Part shown: in pieces, positions 20,062 through 30,353 of the stretch
Layout of the letters: each line of letters opens with the position of its first letter
How positions within the stretch are numbered: position 1 is the first letter of the stretch
Assembly: GCA_024650005.2 (NCBI GenBank)
Contig: CP122380.1
Coordinates: 1,696,001-1,760,000, forward strand
From: Candidatus Bathyarchaeum tardum
Lineage (GTDB): Archaea > Thermoproteota > Bathyarchaeia > Bathyarchaeales > Bathyarchaeaceae
Length of the DNA: 64,000 bases
Direction of reading: 5' to 3'
Program-made: the position numbers and the translations under genes
The notes under the pieces: model-generated
Database searches by the model: none
Told to the model about the DNA's origin: nothing
Seen by the model: the letters and a program-made list of their open reading frames with translations, nothing else

Positions 20062-20469
20062 ATGCGAATGACAGAAATCGTCCGCGTAGACTCACGAGGA
20101 AGAATCACCATGCCCTCATCCATCCGTGAAACAGTAAAACTGTCAGAGGGAATGTACGTGATGCTAATCGCCGACCTAGACAAAAAAGAAATCAGGATCG
20201 CCCCTTTCGCTGACCCCGAAGCAAAACTTGTGGAACTGAACATCACCTTTTCCGACAACCCCGGAGCCCTCGCCAAAGCTGCAAGCATCCTGGCTGAACA
20301 AGAAGTGGACTTACTGTCCAGCGAATCCCGAACCCTACGCAGAGGCAAATCCGCAGAATGGGTTGCAGTCGCCGATATTTCACGATGCAAATGTTCACTT
20401 GAAGAGTTGAAACAAAAAATAATGGCAGAAGGAACAGCAAAAGAAATCAAATTACAAAGTTACACCTAA
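20062..20469 (+). CDS. AbrB/MazE DNA-binding domain + ACT domain regulator
   Basis: VRVDSRGRITMPSSIRE (AbrB) and DNPGALAKAASILAEQEVDL (ACT); SD GGAG. Confidence 0.85.
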   Translation: MRMTEIVRVDSRGRITMPSSIRETVKLSEGMYVMLIADLDKKEIRIAPFADPEAKLVELNITFSDNPGALAKAASILAEQEVDLLSSESRTLRRGKSAEWVAVADISRCKCSLEELKQKIMAEGTAKEIKLQSYT

Positions 20470-20514
20470 AAACTAGGTTTTAAGAACAACTGAAATCTGG
20501 CATGTGACTGCACC

Positions 20515-21060
20515 ATGGAAAAACGCTTGGATGGCTTGTTTGGCATTCTAGGTCCACTGATGGTTTACTTGTCCATTGCAGTTTCTCTTGCTGTTTCTCC
20601 GTGGTTTAACTGGCAAACTAATGCATTAAGCGACCTAGGACACGCAGTAAACAGCGAAGCAGCAGCAATATTTAATGGTGGATTGTTTCTAGCAGGTTTT
20701 TTTCTAATGCTATACTCCTTGACCGCTTTCAAAAATCACGCAAAATACAGCAGTCTTTGTTTGTTGGTTTCAAGTTTTTTTGTCCAGATGCTGGCAGTAA
20801 TTAACGAATCTTATGGCAGCCTGCATTACGTTGCTGCAGTTCCTCATTTTTTGACCTTAAGTTTGACTTCGATTGTTTATGGATATGAAAAAAGGTCCAA
20901 GTTTGCCATAACAACATTTCTGATTGTTATGTTCACGTGGTTGCTGTATTCCCTGAGCATGTTTAACATGGGGATCGCTGTTCCTGAAACCATGTCAAAA
21001 CTTGTTTTATTGTGGATAATGTGGTCAGGCATCAAAATTTTGTTGAAGAAACAAGATTAG
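20515..21060 (+). CDS. DUF998-like membrane protein
   Basis: SPWFNWQTNALSDLG, IFNGGL, LH; multiple TMs. Confidence 0.75.
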   Translation: MEKRLDGLFGILGPLMVYLSIAVSLAVSPWFNWQTNALSDLGHAVNSEAAAIFNGGLFLAGFFLMLYSLTAFKNHAKYSSLCLLVSSFFVQMLAVINESYGSLHYVAAVPHFLTLSLTSIVYGYEKRSKFAITTFLIVMFTWLLYSLSMFNMGIAVPETMSKLVLLWIMWSGIKILLKKQD

Positions 21061-21560
21061 TAAACGGTTATGCTTCTTGTTCCAGGCAGTTTTCTTATTT
21101 GATTGATTAATTCCGAGGGAATGTCACCTTCAAGTATTAACGTCAACTTAGGAAGGCTACTTGTGCTGGGGTCTTCTGCGAGCACTTGTCTTATGCCTAA
21201 TCCTTTTTCAGAAACTATTCTAGTAACATTTGAAACTATACCGGTTTGGTTTGCATTTTCTGGAACAAAAACAATCACGCTATAGTTAAACTCCCGGGCT
21301 ACATCCTGCAAAGAGCATACTTGTCGAAGGTTTTTGTAAATTCTTTTCAATTCAGGGGTTACAAGTATTGTTTGCACTGTACTGTCCACTGCTCGGCGCT
21401 CTACGCCTACTTCTTTGGCTATTTGAGTGTGAGGAATTTCGATTCGGCCACTTACTACTTTTCCGTCTTCGTTTACTTGAAACCCCCGCTCAAAAAGCAG
21501 CAGGGCAATACGTTGTTGAGCTGGAAAATCGTCAAAAAAATGTTTAATTTGACCCCACAT
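21057..21560 (-). CDS. trpY: TrpY-like tryptophan-responsive regulator (HTH + ACT)
   Basis: MWGQIKHFF...GVERRAV..T..IL...GI...IRQ...DP...PKLTLI...ITVY resembles Methanothermobacter TrpY; divergent from trpB2. Confidence 0.75.
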   Translation of the reverse strand: MWGQIKHFFDDFPAQQRIALLLFERGFQVNEDGKVVSGRIEIPHTQIAKEVGVERRAVDSTVQTILVTPELKRIYKNLRQVCSLQDVAREFNYSVIVFVPENANQTGIVSNVTRIVSEKGLGIRQVLAEDPSTSSLPKLTLILEGDIPSELINQIRKLPGTRSITVY

Positions 21561-21658
21561 TTGAATCACACCCAAAGTATACAGTTGTTCGGTAAAGCTT
21601 ATATAAACACTTCAGGGTAAAAAAGGTTAATTCTTCAAAACTCAAGAAGTGAAAATTC

Positions 21659-23050
21659 ATGACAGCGAAAAAAATTTTGCTAGACGAAAATGAAATGCCA
21701 AAACAATGGTACAACATTTTGCCCGATCTTCCCAAAGAATTGCCCCCAATGATTCACCCCGGAACCCGAGAGCCAGTTAAACTGCCTCCTCCCCTGTTCC
21801 CAAGTGAATGCCTCAAACAAGAATACAGCACCGAACGCTGGATCGATATTCCAGAACCAGTGCGAGAAGCTCTCCGCATCTGGAGACCCAGCCCCTTGTT
21901 CAGGGCAACTGGTTTAGAAAAAGCGTTGAAAACTCCAGCTAAAATTTACTACAAATATGAAGGAGTTAGTCCTTCAGGCAGCCACAAAACAAACACTGCT
22001 GTTGCCCAAGCATATTACGCAGTAAAAGATGGCCTAGAACGCGTAACAACAGAAACAGGTGCCGGACAATGGGGCTCTGCATTATCCTTTAGTGCCCAAT
22101 ATTTTGGCGTGAAAGCTACAGTTTACATGGTAAGCGCAAGCTATCACCAAAAACCTTACCGAAAAAGCATGATTGAAACCTGGGGCGCAGAAGTTTTCCC
22201 CAGCCCAACTAACCGAACAAAAGCCGGTCGAGCAGTTCTAGAAGCTGACCCAGACAGCACAGGCAGCCTTGGAATCGCCATCAGCGAAGCAGTAGAAGAA
22301 GCCTTGACAACAGATAACGTCAAATACACTATCGGTAGCGTTGTAAATCACGTTTTGTTGCACCAGACGGTCATTGGTCTGGAAACCCAAAAACAGTTAG
22401 CAATGGTAGACGACTACCCCGACCAAATTATCGGATGCATCGGCGGCGGAAGCAGCTTCTCCGGAATCTATTGGCCATTCTACTACGACAAAGTCAAAGG
22501 CAAAGCCCCCAAACAAACAGAATTCATCGCAGTTGAATCTGCTGCATGTCCTAAAGTAACAAGAGGATACTACACCTACGACCACGGCGACACCGCAAAA
22601 ATCATTCCTTTGGTTAAAATGCACACAGTTGGTCACACTTTCATTCCTGCACCAATTCACGCAGGTGGACTTCGTTATCATGGAATGGCACCAACCGTCA
22701 GTTTGATGAAAGAAGAAGGCGAAGTACAATCCCGAGCATATAACCAACTGCAAGCTTTTGATGCAGCAAGTCTGTTTGCAAAAACAGAAGGAATCATTCC
22801 TGCTCCAGAGCCATCCCACGCTATCAAAGGGGCAATCGATGAAGCCCTCAAATGTAAAGAAACAGGCGAAGAAAAAACCATAGTGTTCCTATTGTGCGGT
22901 CACGGACACTTTGACATGAAAGCTTACGATGACTACAACCAAGGTAACATGCTACCCTATGAGTATCCACAAGCAAAAGTCAACGCAGCCATGAAAAAAC
23001 TCAAAGCTCTCTATCCATGGCTCAACAACGAACTATGCAATATCGACTAA
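21659..23050 (+). CDS. trpB2: Tryptophan synthase beta chain type 2
   Basis: [20 protein letters not shown] (PLP Lys), [30 protein letters not shown]. Confidence 0.93.
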   Translation: MTAKKILLDENEMPKQWYNILPDLPKELPPMIHPGTREPVKLPPPLFPSECLKQEYSTERWIDIPEPVREALRIWRPSPLFRATGLEKALKTPAKIYYKYEGVSPSGSHKTNTAVAQAYYAVKDGLERVTTETGAGQWGSALSFSAQYFGVKATVYMVSASYHQKPYRKSMIETWGAEVFPSPTNRTKAGRAVLEADPDSTGSLGIAISEAVEEALTTDNVKYTIGSVVNHVLLHQTVIGLETQKQLAMVDDYPDQIIGCIGGGSSFSGIYWPFYYDKVKGKAPKQTEFIAVESAACPKVTRGYYTYDHGDTAKIIPLVKMHTVGHTFIPAPIHAGGLRYHGMAPTVSLMKEEGEVQSRAYNQLQAFDAASLFAKTEGIIPAPEPSHAIKGAIDEALKCKETGEEKTIVFLLCGHGHFDMKAYDDYNQGNMLPYEYPQAKVNAAMKKLKALYPWLNNELCNID

Positions 23051-23062
23051 ACAAACAACAAA

Positions 23063-23089
23063 AAAGGGATTTTTTCCCTTTCTCTTTTT
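23063..23089 (+). terminator. Hairpin plus U-tract after trpB2
   Basis: AAAGGGA-N5-TCCCTTT followed by CTCTTTTT. Confidence 0.4.
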
Positions 23090-23165
23090 ATTAGAAAAAA
23101 TGACTGCGGGCTAATTTTTGATTACCTGAATCTTCTAGAATGAATAAAAATTCTTTATAGATTTG

Positions 23166-23735
23166 TCAAAATTTCCATTGGTTGATCAACTGTCGATTTA
23201 TGACTTCTCTTTCATCACAAATTTGCCATAGTTCGTTACTATATTTTGGTTGTTTTTTTCCATTTGGAAGGTGTACAAAAATTCCGGAATGGAACAATTT
23301 AACTGATGCACCTTCATCTTTGGCTGTTTGTACTGCAGGTACAAAATCGCCATCTCCTGCTATCAAGAAAATTTTATGCACTTGGGCTTTGGCACTTAAC
23401 CGGACCATATCCACACTTAGCCGTACATCTACACCTTTTTGTACAAAACCATTACCACGGGGTCTTTGTCGCCCAAACCGTAACTCGAAAGAGGGATATT
23501 TTCGTAACATATCAAAAAATTTTTGTTTACCCGAAAAAAGGTTCTTTTGCTGTTCAGTAGGTGGATTGCTCTGATAAGGCATGCAATCATAAATATAAGT
23601 TCTTAAACGTTGATAATTTGTGCATATAGAGTTTGAGAGTTTCAAATAATCAATTCTAGTCGATGAAAATTCATCCCTAAGAATTGCAGAAAGATATCCG
23701 TTATCTATTAGAATTACAGCTCTTCCTAATGGCAT
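23166..23735 (-). CDS. NYN domain (LabA/DUF88, PIN-like) protein
   Basis: ILIDNGYL, QKGVDVRLSVD, AGDGDFVPAV, SNELWQICD. Confidence 0.9.
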   Translation of the reverse strand: MPLGRAVILIDNGYLSAILRDEFSSTRIDYLKLSNSICTNYQRLRTYIYDCMPYQSNPPTEQQKNLFSGKQKFFDMLRKYPSFELRFGRQRPRGNGFVQKGVDVRLSVDMVRLSAKAQVHKIFLIAGDGDFVPAVQTAKDEGASVKLFHSGIFVHLPNGKKQPKYSNELWQICDEREVINRQLINQWKF

Positions 23736-24013
23736 GAAATTATAATACAATAAAAATTGGAAATAAGAGTTGTGGTCTGACATCCAAGTTGAACGCCAGC
23801 GGATAAATACAAGAAGTAACTGTTAAGAAAAACTATTTAAAATTTACTCCATTTGAATACTATTTTCAGGTGGCGTTGAATTTTAAATAATTAGTTTTTC
23901 ACTTTATTTTTTCCCAAATTTTTAATTTTAATATCTGTAAAATGAAAAAACCTCATTTATTTAATTCATTAAGTTAAAGTAACGGTGAACCTATGTAATA
24001 ATAGGGCATTGTT

Positions 24014-26113
24014 TTGGGAAAAGTTTCAGAGGTTACTAAACGCGACGGTCGAACAGTTAGCTTTGATGAAAACAAGATAACCAACGCGATTTTTAAGGCA
24101 TTAAATTCGGTCAAGAAGAGCGACAAGCAACTAGCAAAAAAACTTGCAGATGATGTTGTTGAGTTGCTTAACGAAGGGTTTGAAGGAAAGGTTCCCAGTG
24201 TTGAAAACATTCAAGATTTAGTTGAAGAGGTTCTAATCAAGAACGGGTATTGTGATGTTGCAAAGGCGTACATTTTGTATCGTCAGAAGCGAGCAGAAAT
24301 TCGGGAATATAAAGAGTTTTACGGTGTTGTTGACGATTTAAAGCTGGGAATTAACGCTATTCAGGTTCTAAAAAACAGGTACCTAATGAAAGATCAAAAA
24401 GGCAAAGTCATCGAAACCCCCCGGGAAATGTTTAGAAGAGTAGCAAAAGCAGTTGCCAAAGCCGACCAAAATTATGACGAAAACGCTGACGTGAAACAAA
24501 ATGAAGAAACGTTTTATCAGGTCATGGTCAACTGTGAGTTTTTGCCGAATTCACCGACGTTAATGAATGCGGGAACTGTATTGGGTCAGTTGTCTGCTTG
24601 CTTTGTTTTGCCAGTTGAAGATTCCATCGAAGGAATTTTTACCTCCCTAAAACATATGGCGATTATCCATCAATCAGGGGGCGGAACAGGTTTTTCTTTT
24701 TCTAAACTGCGACCTGCAGGGGATATTGTAGGTTCTACTAAAGGCATCGCTTCAGGTCCTGTTTCGTTTATGACCATTTATGATGCTGCTACAAATGTGA
24801 TTAAGCAAGGGGGAAGAAGACGAGGGGCAAACATGGCAATACTGGATGTTACTCATCCGGATATTTTGCAGTTTATTGAAGCTAAAGCCAGGGAAGGTAT
24901 CTTAACGAATTTTAACATTTCAGTTGCAGTTAATGACGAGTTCATGGAAGCAGTAGCAAAAGACACAGAATATGCTCTGGTTAATCCACGGAACGGAAAA
25001 ACTGAAACAAAACTGCGGGCACTTCATGTTTTTGATCGGATAGCATCTAACGCTTGGCGAACCGGAGATCCCGGACTGGTGTTTATTGATGAAGTGAACA
25101 GGCATAATCCAACGCCTAAAGTTGGACGGATTATGAGCACAAATCCATGTGGGGAACAGCCCCTGTTGCCTTATGAGTCGTGCAATTTGGGTTCGGTTAA
25201 TTTGGCAAAGATGGTTAAAGACAACAAGGTAGACTGGGAGAACCTTAGAAGAGTTGTAAGAATTGGAGTTCATTTTTTGGATAATGTAATTGACGTTAAC
25301 AAGTACCCAGTGCCAAAAATTGAAGAAGTTACTCGGACAAACCGCAAAATCGGTTTGGGCATAATGGGTTTTGCAGACATGCTCATTAAACTAGGGATTC
25401 CGTACGATTCTAAAGAAGCTTTAGAGCTAGCAGAACAAGTAATGAAGTTCGTCAGAGACGAAGCGGTAAACCAGTCAGTTAATATTGGAGCTGTTCGGGG
25501 TTCTTTTCCTAACTTCAAAGGAAGCATCTGGCAAGAAAGGGGCTTCAAAACAATGCGTAACGCCACGGTTACTACTGTTGCTCCTACAGGGAGTATAAGC
25601 ATAATTGCAGGTTGTTCAGGAGGAATAGAACCAATTTTTGCTATTGCTTTTGTTCGAAACGTTATGGATGGCTCAAGATTGCTAGAAGTGCAGCCAACCT
25701 TTGAGGAGTTAGCAAATGAATCTGGTTTTTACAGCCGAAGTTTGATGCTTGAAGTTGCAAAAACGGGTTCAGTGCAAACCGTGAAAGAAATTCCCGAAAA
25801 GTTACGAAGAGTCTTTGTTACCTCGTTGGATATTAAACCATCGTGGCATGTGCAGATGCAGGCTGCGTTTCAGAAGTATGTAGATAACGCAGTTTCCAAG
25901 ACAGTGAATCTTCCAAACAACGCTACCGTGGATGATGTGAAACAAGTGTATTTGTTGGCTTACAAGCTGAAATGCAAAGGAACCACAGTTTACAGGTATG
26001 GAAGCAAAAGTGAACAGGTGCTATATGTTGGTCCTCAACTAACCAAAGAACTTAGGGCAAAGCAAGTTAACGTGGATTCAGAATACGCAGGTAGTTGCGG
26101 AAAATGTGGCTAA
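24014..26113 (+). CDS. nrdJ: Class II (B12-dependent) ribonucleotide reductase with N-terminal ATP-cone
   Basis: VTKRDG ATP-cone, PNSPTLMNAG, QLSACFV, GGGTG, TNPCGEQ, ESCNLGS, APTG, SKTVN, C-terminal CxxC. Confidence 0.93.
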   Translation: MGKVSEVTKRDGRTVSFDENKITNAIFKALNSVKKSDKQLAKKLADDVVELLNEGFEGKVPSVENIQDLVEEVLIKNGYCDVAKAYILYRQKRAEIREYKEFYGVVDDLKLGINAIQVLKNRYLMKDQKGKVIETPREMFRRVAKAVAKADQNYDENADVKQNEETFYQVMVNCEFLPNSPTLMNAGTVLGQLSACFVLPVEDSIEGIFTSLKHMAIIHQSGGGTGFSFSKLRPAGDIVGSTKGIASGPVSFMTIYDAATNVIKQGGRRRGANMAILDVTHPDILQFIEAKAREGILTNFNISVAVNDEFMEAVAKDTEYALVNPRNGKTETKLRALHVFDRIASNAWRTGDPGLVFIDEVNRHNPTPKVGRIMSTNPCGEQPLLPYESCNLGSVNLAKMVKDNKVDWENLRRVVRIGVHFLDNVIDVNKYPVPKIEEVTRTNRKIGLGIMGFADMLIKLGIPYDSKEALELAEQVMKFVRDEAVNQSVNIGAVRGSFPNFKGSIWQERGFKTMRNATVTTVAPTGSISIIAGCSGGIEPIFAIAFVRNVMDGSRLLEVQPTFEELANESGFYSRSLMLEVAKTGSVQTVKEIPEKLRRVFVTSLDIKPSWHVQMQAAFQKYVDNAVSKTVNLPNNATVDDVKQVYLLAYKLKCKGTTVYRYGSKSEQVLYVGPQLTKELRAKQVNVDSEYAGSCGKCG

Positions 26114-26239
26114 AACATCCCATGACAAGTTTTAGTGATTTTGTAGTTAAACAGCTGTTTGCTTAAATATTCAGGGCAGTTGGTGCAAATAATTAATAAA
26201 CAGATAACGCGACTTTAGTCTAAAACGGTGCTACTTGAA

Positions 26240-26827
26240 ATGTACTGCTCAAAATGTGGAAATGAACTTTCAGAAGATGCAAAGTTTTGTACAAAATGCG
26301 GAACCCCAGTAAACGTCCAAGCAAAACCTGAAGCAAAGCAAGAAACTAAAAAAGTAGAAACTGTTATTGAGCGTTTCCAAGAAGACACTATACTTCAAGA
26401 CTTCTGGATACGACGGTTAGTTGCTTACGTTATTGACATACTAGCAGTAAGTGTTGCAGTTGCATTGATCATGGCAATTGTTGCATTTCCAGTTTTTATT
26501 GCAGATCCCTTCAGGTACTTTAACTGGATAAGTTTTCCTTTCGCTAAAGGCATATTTGCCGTGGCATATTTTGTTATAGCAGAAACAACCTACGGCACCA
26601 CTATCGGAAAACATCTTCTAGGATTAAAAGTGGTCACCCGAGCAGACCAAAAAATAAGTTTAGAAAAAGCTTTCATCCGAAACATCAGCAAAATCCATGA
26701 AGTCCTCCTGCTCTTGGACGTAATTATTGGCATAGTAACTTTGCCAGACCTTAACCAAAAATACACTGATGAAATAGCCAACACTACCATAACAAAAGAT
26801 GAAACTGTAACTAATCCACTGTTTTAA
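26240..26827 (+). CDS. Zinc-ribbon + RDD family membrane protein
   Basis: YCSKCG...FCTKCG; FWIRRLVAYVID, TIGKHLLGLKV. Confidence 0.85.
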   Translation: MYCSKCGNELSEDAKFCTKCGTPVNVQAKPEAKQETKKVETVIERFQEDTILQDFWIRRLVAYVIDILAVSVAVALIMAIVAFPVFIADPFRYFNWISFPFAKGIFAVAYFVIAETTYGTTIGKHLLGLKVVTRADQKISLEKAFIRNISKIHEVLLLLDVIIGIVTLPDLNQKYTDEIANTTITKDETVTNPLF

Positions 26828-26835
26828 GTTCAGTT

Positions 26836-27315
26836 TTAGATTTTCGAAAAGGCCATAACACCTGCTCGAGCAATTAAGGAAACCCCTGCAGCCATTATTA
26901 TGCAAGACCAGAAAACAAACCATTGGGTGCTGTCGATTAGGAACCACTGGACAAGAAAGGCTACTCCGATCCAGTAAACAAAGTTGCCCATGGTTTCTGA
27001 TCGTTTGGTCCACGTCGAAGGGATAACAAATCGTAAAATAAGCATGATTGCCTGAAATACTACTCCAGCGATGCTAACTAGCCCCATAACGTTGTAAAGC
27101 GCCAAATGTGACCGAGGGTCTTCCGGAGCAGGAAGAAAGACCCCTGAATTAGATACTTCTTCTATTCCGATGTCTCCAAAAAAGTCAGTTATGTTTCCAT
27201 ATAAATCCGGTGTGGAAATAAATAAAATGCCCAAAATAAGAATGAAAAACCCAAAAGAAATTGCGGTAAAGATTCCTTCCATGCTATTGAGGACTGGCTT
27301 TTTGTCTTGACTCAA
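26836..27315 (-). CDS. Hypothetical 4-TM membrane protein
   Basis: Four hydrophobic helices; SD GGGAG before TTG. Confidence 0.7.
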   Translation of the reverse strand: MSQDKKPVLNSMEGIFTAISFGFFILILGILFISTPDLYGNITDFFGDIGIEEVSNSGVFLPAPEDPRSHLALYNVMGLVSIAGVVFQAIMLILRFVIPSTWTKRSETMGNFVYWIGVAFLVQWFLIDSTQWFVFWSCIIMAAGVSLIARAGVMAFSKI

Positions 27316-27674
27316 ACAATTCTCCCTTGTTATATTTTGTTTGTAAACCGCTTATAATGTTTCGCCACAATATAAAGAATAAAGTGTATTTTTAATGGTG
27401 TTTCTCTAAATGAAAAACTTGTTTTTTACATAGATAAATAAAAAATTTTGTAATTATTGTGGTTTAAGACATAAATTAACTATGATTTTAAATTAAATAT
27501 AATATTCAAAAATATCGCTTTGACTGTTAATATATTCAATGACTTTCAAGTTCTAACATTGCGACGATTATATTTTTTTATTAAAAATGCAATTTTCTGT
27601 ATGGTATAATAAGTTCAATAATTATAACCTGTAGAAATATTAATAATTAAGCAAGATATTAGTATTACTAACGA

Positions 27675-30341
27675 TTGGGGGTGGCATTAGAAGTGCAAAG
27701 TAAAAAATTTTATGCTTTATTGTTTTGCATAATGTTTTGTGCATCATCAATATTATCAGCATCTGTATTATCAAGCACCAATTCAATAGTAAGCACCCAA
27801 TCTGAACACACCAAAGACGGAAACCGTGTCTATATTGAAAATGATAAAGTGTACATTTCCGCAACACCTCACACGATTAATGCAGATGGATACGTTTACC
27901 TGAACATAACAAGCAAAACGCTTGAAGGCAACATGGATCTGTGTTTCGGGTTTGATGGTAACCTAGCATACCCAACTAGTTTAGAAATTTATTACCCACA
28001 AACAGAAGTGACAAAACACGAATTAGACCTAAATATTTACGACAATGAAGATCACAAGATACAACTAAACTATAATGTCACAGATCAAACAGCAGATATT
28101 GCTTATGACGGCTCAGTAATAGTATGTCAAAAAGTTCCAATTGACAATGAGAAGAACCAGACAATAAATTATGAATGGAAAACAATTTTGGAACAAAGCT
28201 TTGATAGCTGCCAATTAAGCACTAAAATGGTTTATTGGACCACGACAAGAACTTCAGAATGGACAAGTATACGAGAAAACTCAAATTTTGAAAAACAGGA
28301 TTTCAGTTTTCAAGAAATGAACATTTGGCATCTTTCAAATTTTACGATGGAAAAAAATAATCAATGTTATTTACGAATGTGGATGACACTCGTGCCAAGT
28401 CTAGAAAACATCACACGTGAATTTTTGGTGGCTTTAAAGCCTCACGATTCTTCTTTTGAAGAAGCAGTAGCAGAGAATCGTTTTAGTTATCTTGATCCAT
28501 GGTATAATGCGAATTGGCAATACCGCAAAAGCCATGTAATTAATAACGCTACAGGTGCAGGAACAAATTATCCCATAAAAATAATTGTGCATTATGGTCC
28601 AGGTGCAGACGCATTTGGAGACGTTTATTTAGCTAACAAGTCTCAAGTTGATTTTGATGACATCAGGTTTACGGACGATGATAAAGTAACTTTATTGGAT
28701 TATTGGTGCGAATCAAAATACGATTCAGATAACGCAACATTTTGGGTTGAAATTGCTGATTCCCTGAGTACTGTTCCAGTTACAATATACATGTATTATG
28801 GAAACAATTATGTAGCAAGGAGTGACGACGGATTAGGGTTAGACCTTTTCCAAATTAGAGAATACGACAAGTATTATTCATATAATCCAAATTATCAGTT
28901 TATAAAATCCACTTCATCCGTACTTGAAGCAGATAGCTCCTTAAGTGGATCAACTCCAATCGGAGAAGCATATATTTTCATACAAGCCAAAAAAAGTTAT
29001 CTTGATGGAAAAAGAATTCAGATGTACTGGAGAGCCTATTTCACTTATGGGGGAACCAGAGACCTAGGTCAAGTCTATGTGGTTGACAATGAACACTTAC
29101 GAACAAAGACCACCGACGAATTTTATGATAACGACAACACACAACATCCAGTTATGGACTATACTTACGTTAACCCACTTACCTTGTCTAACACCGGTTC
29201 AGGTTGGACCAGTTGGACCACTCAAACGTCAGATGTTCTTGATCTCTCAAGTTTTTCCTCAGATTATGTTACAATCTTAATTTGCGCAGGAGACTATTGG
29301 ATTCAGCAAACAACGATCTTAGATCTGGATTACATGAAGATTCTGGATTCCAGTAACAACACATTGAAAACTTTTGACTTCACAGAAACAATAGACATGG
29401 AACAAACCGGAACCTACAGGGATTACGGACTATACCGAAAACTTGTTGACCCCGAACCCACACACGGAGACTGGGGGCACCCCGTAGAAAACGACACCCC
29501 AATAACCAACAACGCATTCATAATATGGGGAACACAACATTATCCAAGTACACAATTTAACTATACAATAAATGGCATCAATTACACATCAAATAGTGCA
29601 GCAGAATTGGCGTTATCCGAAAGCGTTTGTGATTACGTCTATGACCTTGTAAATGATACCCAACAATATTACATTCGAAACTATTGGGGCGACCCTACAC
29701 AAGAAGAAGCTGTCTATGATAACGTTAGCTACTGTGAAACCAATTACAATTATACAGCCATTTTTTACAAAGGTCATTTTTGGACTACAACCTGTCCATG
29801 GTCCTGTGGGAATACGCATTATGTAATGTATGATAATTCTAGTGCCACAATAATTGATTATGAGATTAACAGTAACATGACTTCAGGTACACACGATTTT
29901 GTATTTCTTTGGATGTGCGAAGTTGGAGGAACAAACGAAACAGGAGGAATAGATGCAAACCACAGTTGGGGCATGTTAGCATCGTGGATGGACAGAGATG
30001 ACTTAGGATCAAATGGTTACTCTTCGCCGGACGGAACTGACCATGTTTTTATAAGCTTTGAAAATACTTCAGTTGATTTTTGCATCCCCACGGGATTTGA
30101 TAGCTATAACTACAGCCATTTTGCGTATCTATTCTTTGATTATGCCCTCAACAGTTTTATGACAGTCAATGAAGCCCTAGATGCAGCATCCGAAGATGTT
30201 TTCAATCAAGCAGATTTTGGATCAACTGCATTATATAATGGATATAATTACACGTGGTATGACCCAAGAATACCGGGGTACGTCGAAGATAAGTGTTATT
30301 TACGAATTTATGGTGATGGAGATCATATTATACCGAATTAG
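27675..30341 (+). CDS. Large secreted DUF2341-domain protein with a C-terminal His/Cys domain
   Basis: Signal peptide; WQYRKSHVI..DFDDIRFTD..LDYW..ATFWV..IYMYYGN (DUF2341); FYKGH...FVFLWMC. Confidence 0.75.
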   Translation: MGVALEVQSKKFYALLFCIMFCASSILSASVLSSTNSIVSTQSEHTKDGNRVYIENDKVYISATPHTINADGYVYLNITSKTLEGNMDLCFGFDGNLAYPTSLEIYYPQTEVTKHELDLNIYDNEDHKIQLNYNVTDQTADIAYDGSVIVCQKVPIDNEKNQTINYEWKTILEQSFDSCQLSTKMVYWTTTRTSEWTSIRENSNFEKQDFSFQEMNIWHLSNFTMEKNNQCYLRMWMTLVPSLENITREFLVALKPHDSSFEEAVAENRFSYLDPWYNANWQYRKSHVINNATGAGTNYPIKIIVHYGPGADAFGDVYLANKSQVDFDDIRFTDDDKVTLLDYWCESKYDSDNATFWVEIADSLSTVPVTIYMYYGNNYVARSDDGLGLDLFQIREYDKYYSYNPNYQFIKSTSSVLEADSSLSGSTPIGEAYIFIQAKKSYLDGKRIQMYWRAYFTYGGTRDLGQVYVVDNEHLRTKTTDEFYDNDNTQHPVMDYTYVNPLTLSNTGSGWTSWTTQTSDVLDLSSFSSDYVTILICAGDYWIQQTTILDLDYMKILDSSNNTLKTFDFTETIDMEQTGTYRDYGLYRKLVDPEPTHGDWGHPVENDTPITNNAFIIWGTQHYPSTQFNYTINGINYTSNSAAELALSESVCDYVYDLVNDTQQYYIRNYWGDPTQEEAVYDNVSYCETNYNYTAIFYKGHFWTTTCPWSCGNTHYVMYDNSSATIIDYEINSNMTSGTHDFVFLWMCEVGGTNETGGIDANHSWGMLASWMDRDDLGSNGYSSPDGTDHVFISFENTSVDFCIPTGFDSYNYSHFAYLFFDYALNSFMTVNEALDAASEDVFNQADFGSTALYNGYNYTWYDPRIPGYVEDKCYLRIYGDGDHIIPN

Positions 30342-30353
30342 GGGGAAAATGAT

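Noticed and set aside
19974-20450. 158-aa minus ORF
   Set aside because: Antisense to the AbrB-ACT gene; no motifs
24014-26113. Intein or B12 riboswitch at nrdJ
   Set aside because: Protein is compact with contiguous motifs; upstream DNA is AT-rich and unstructured
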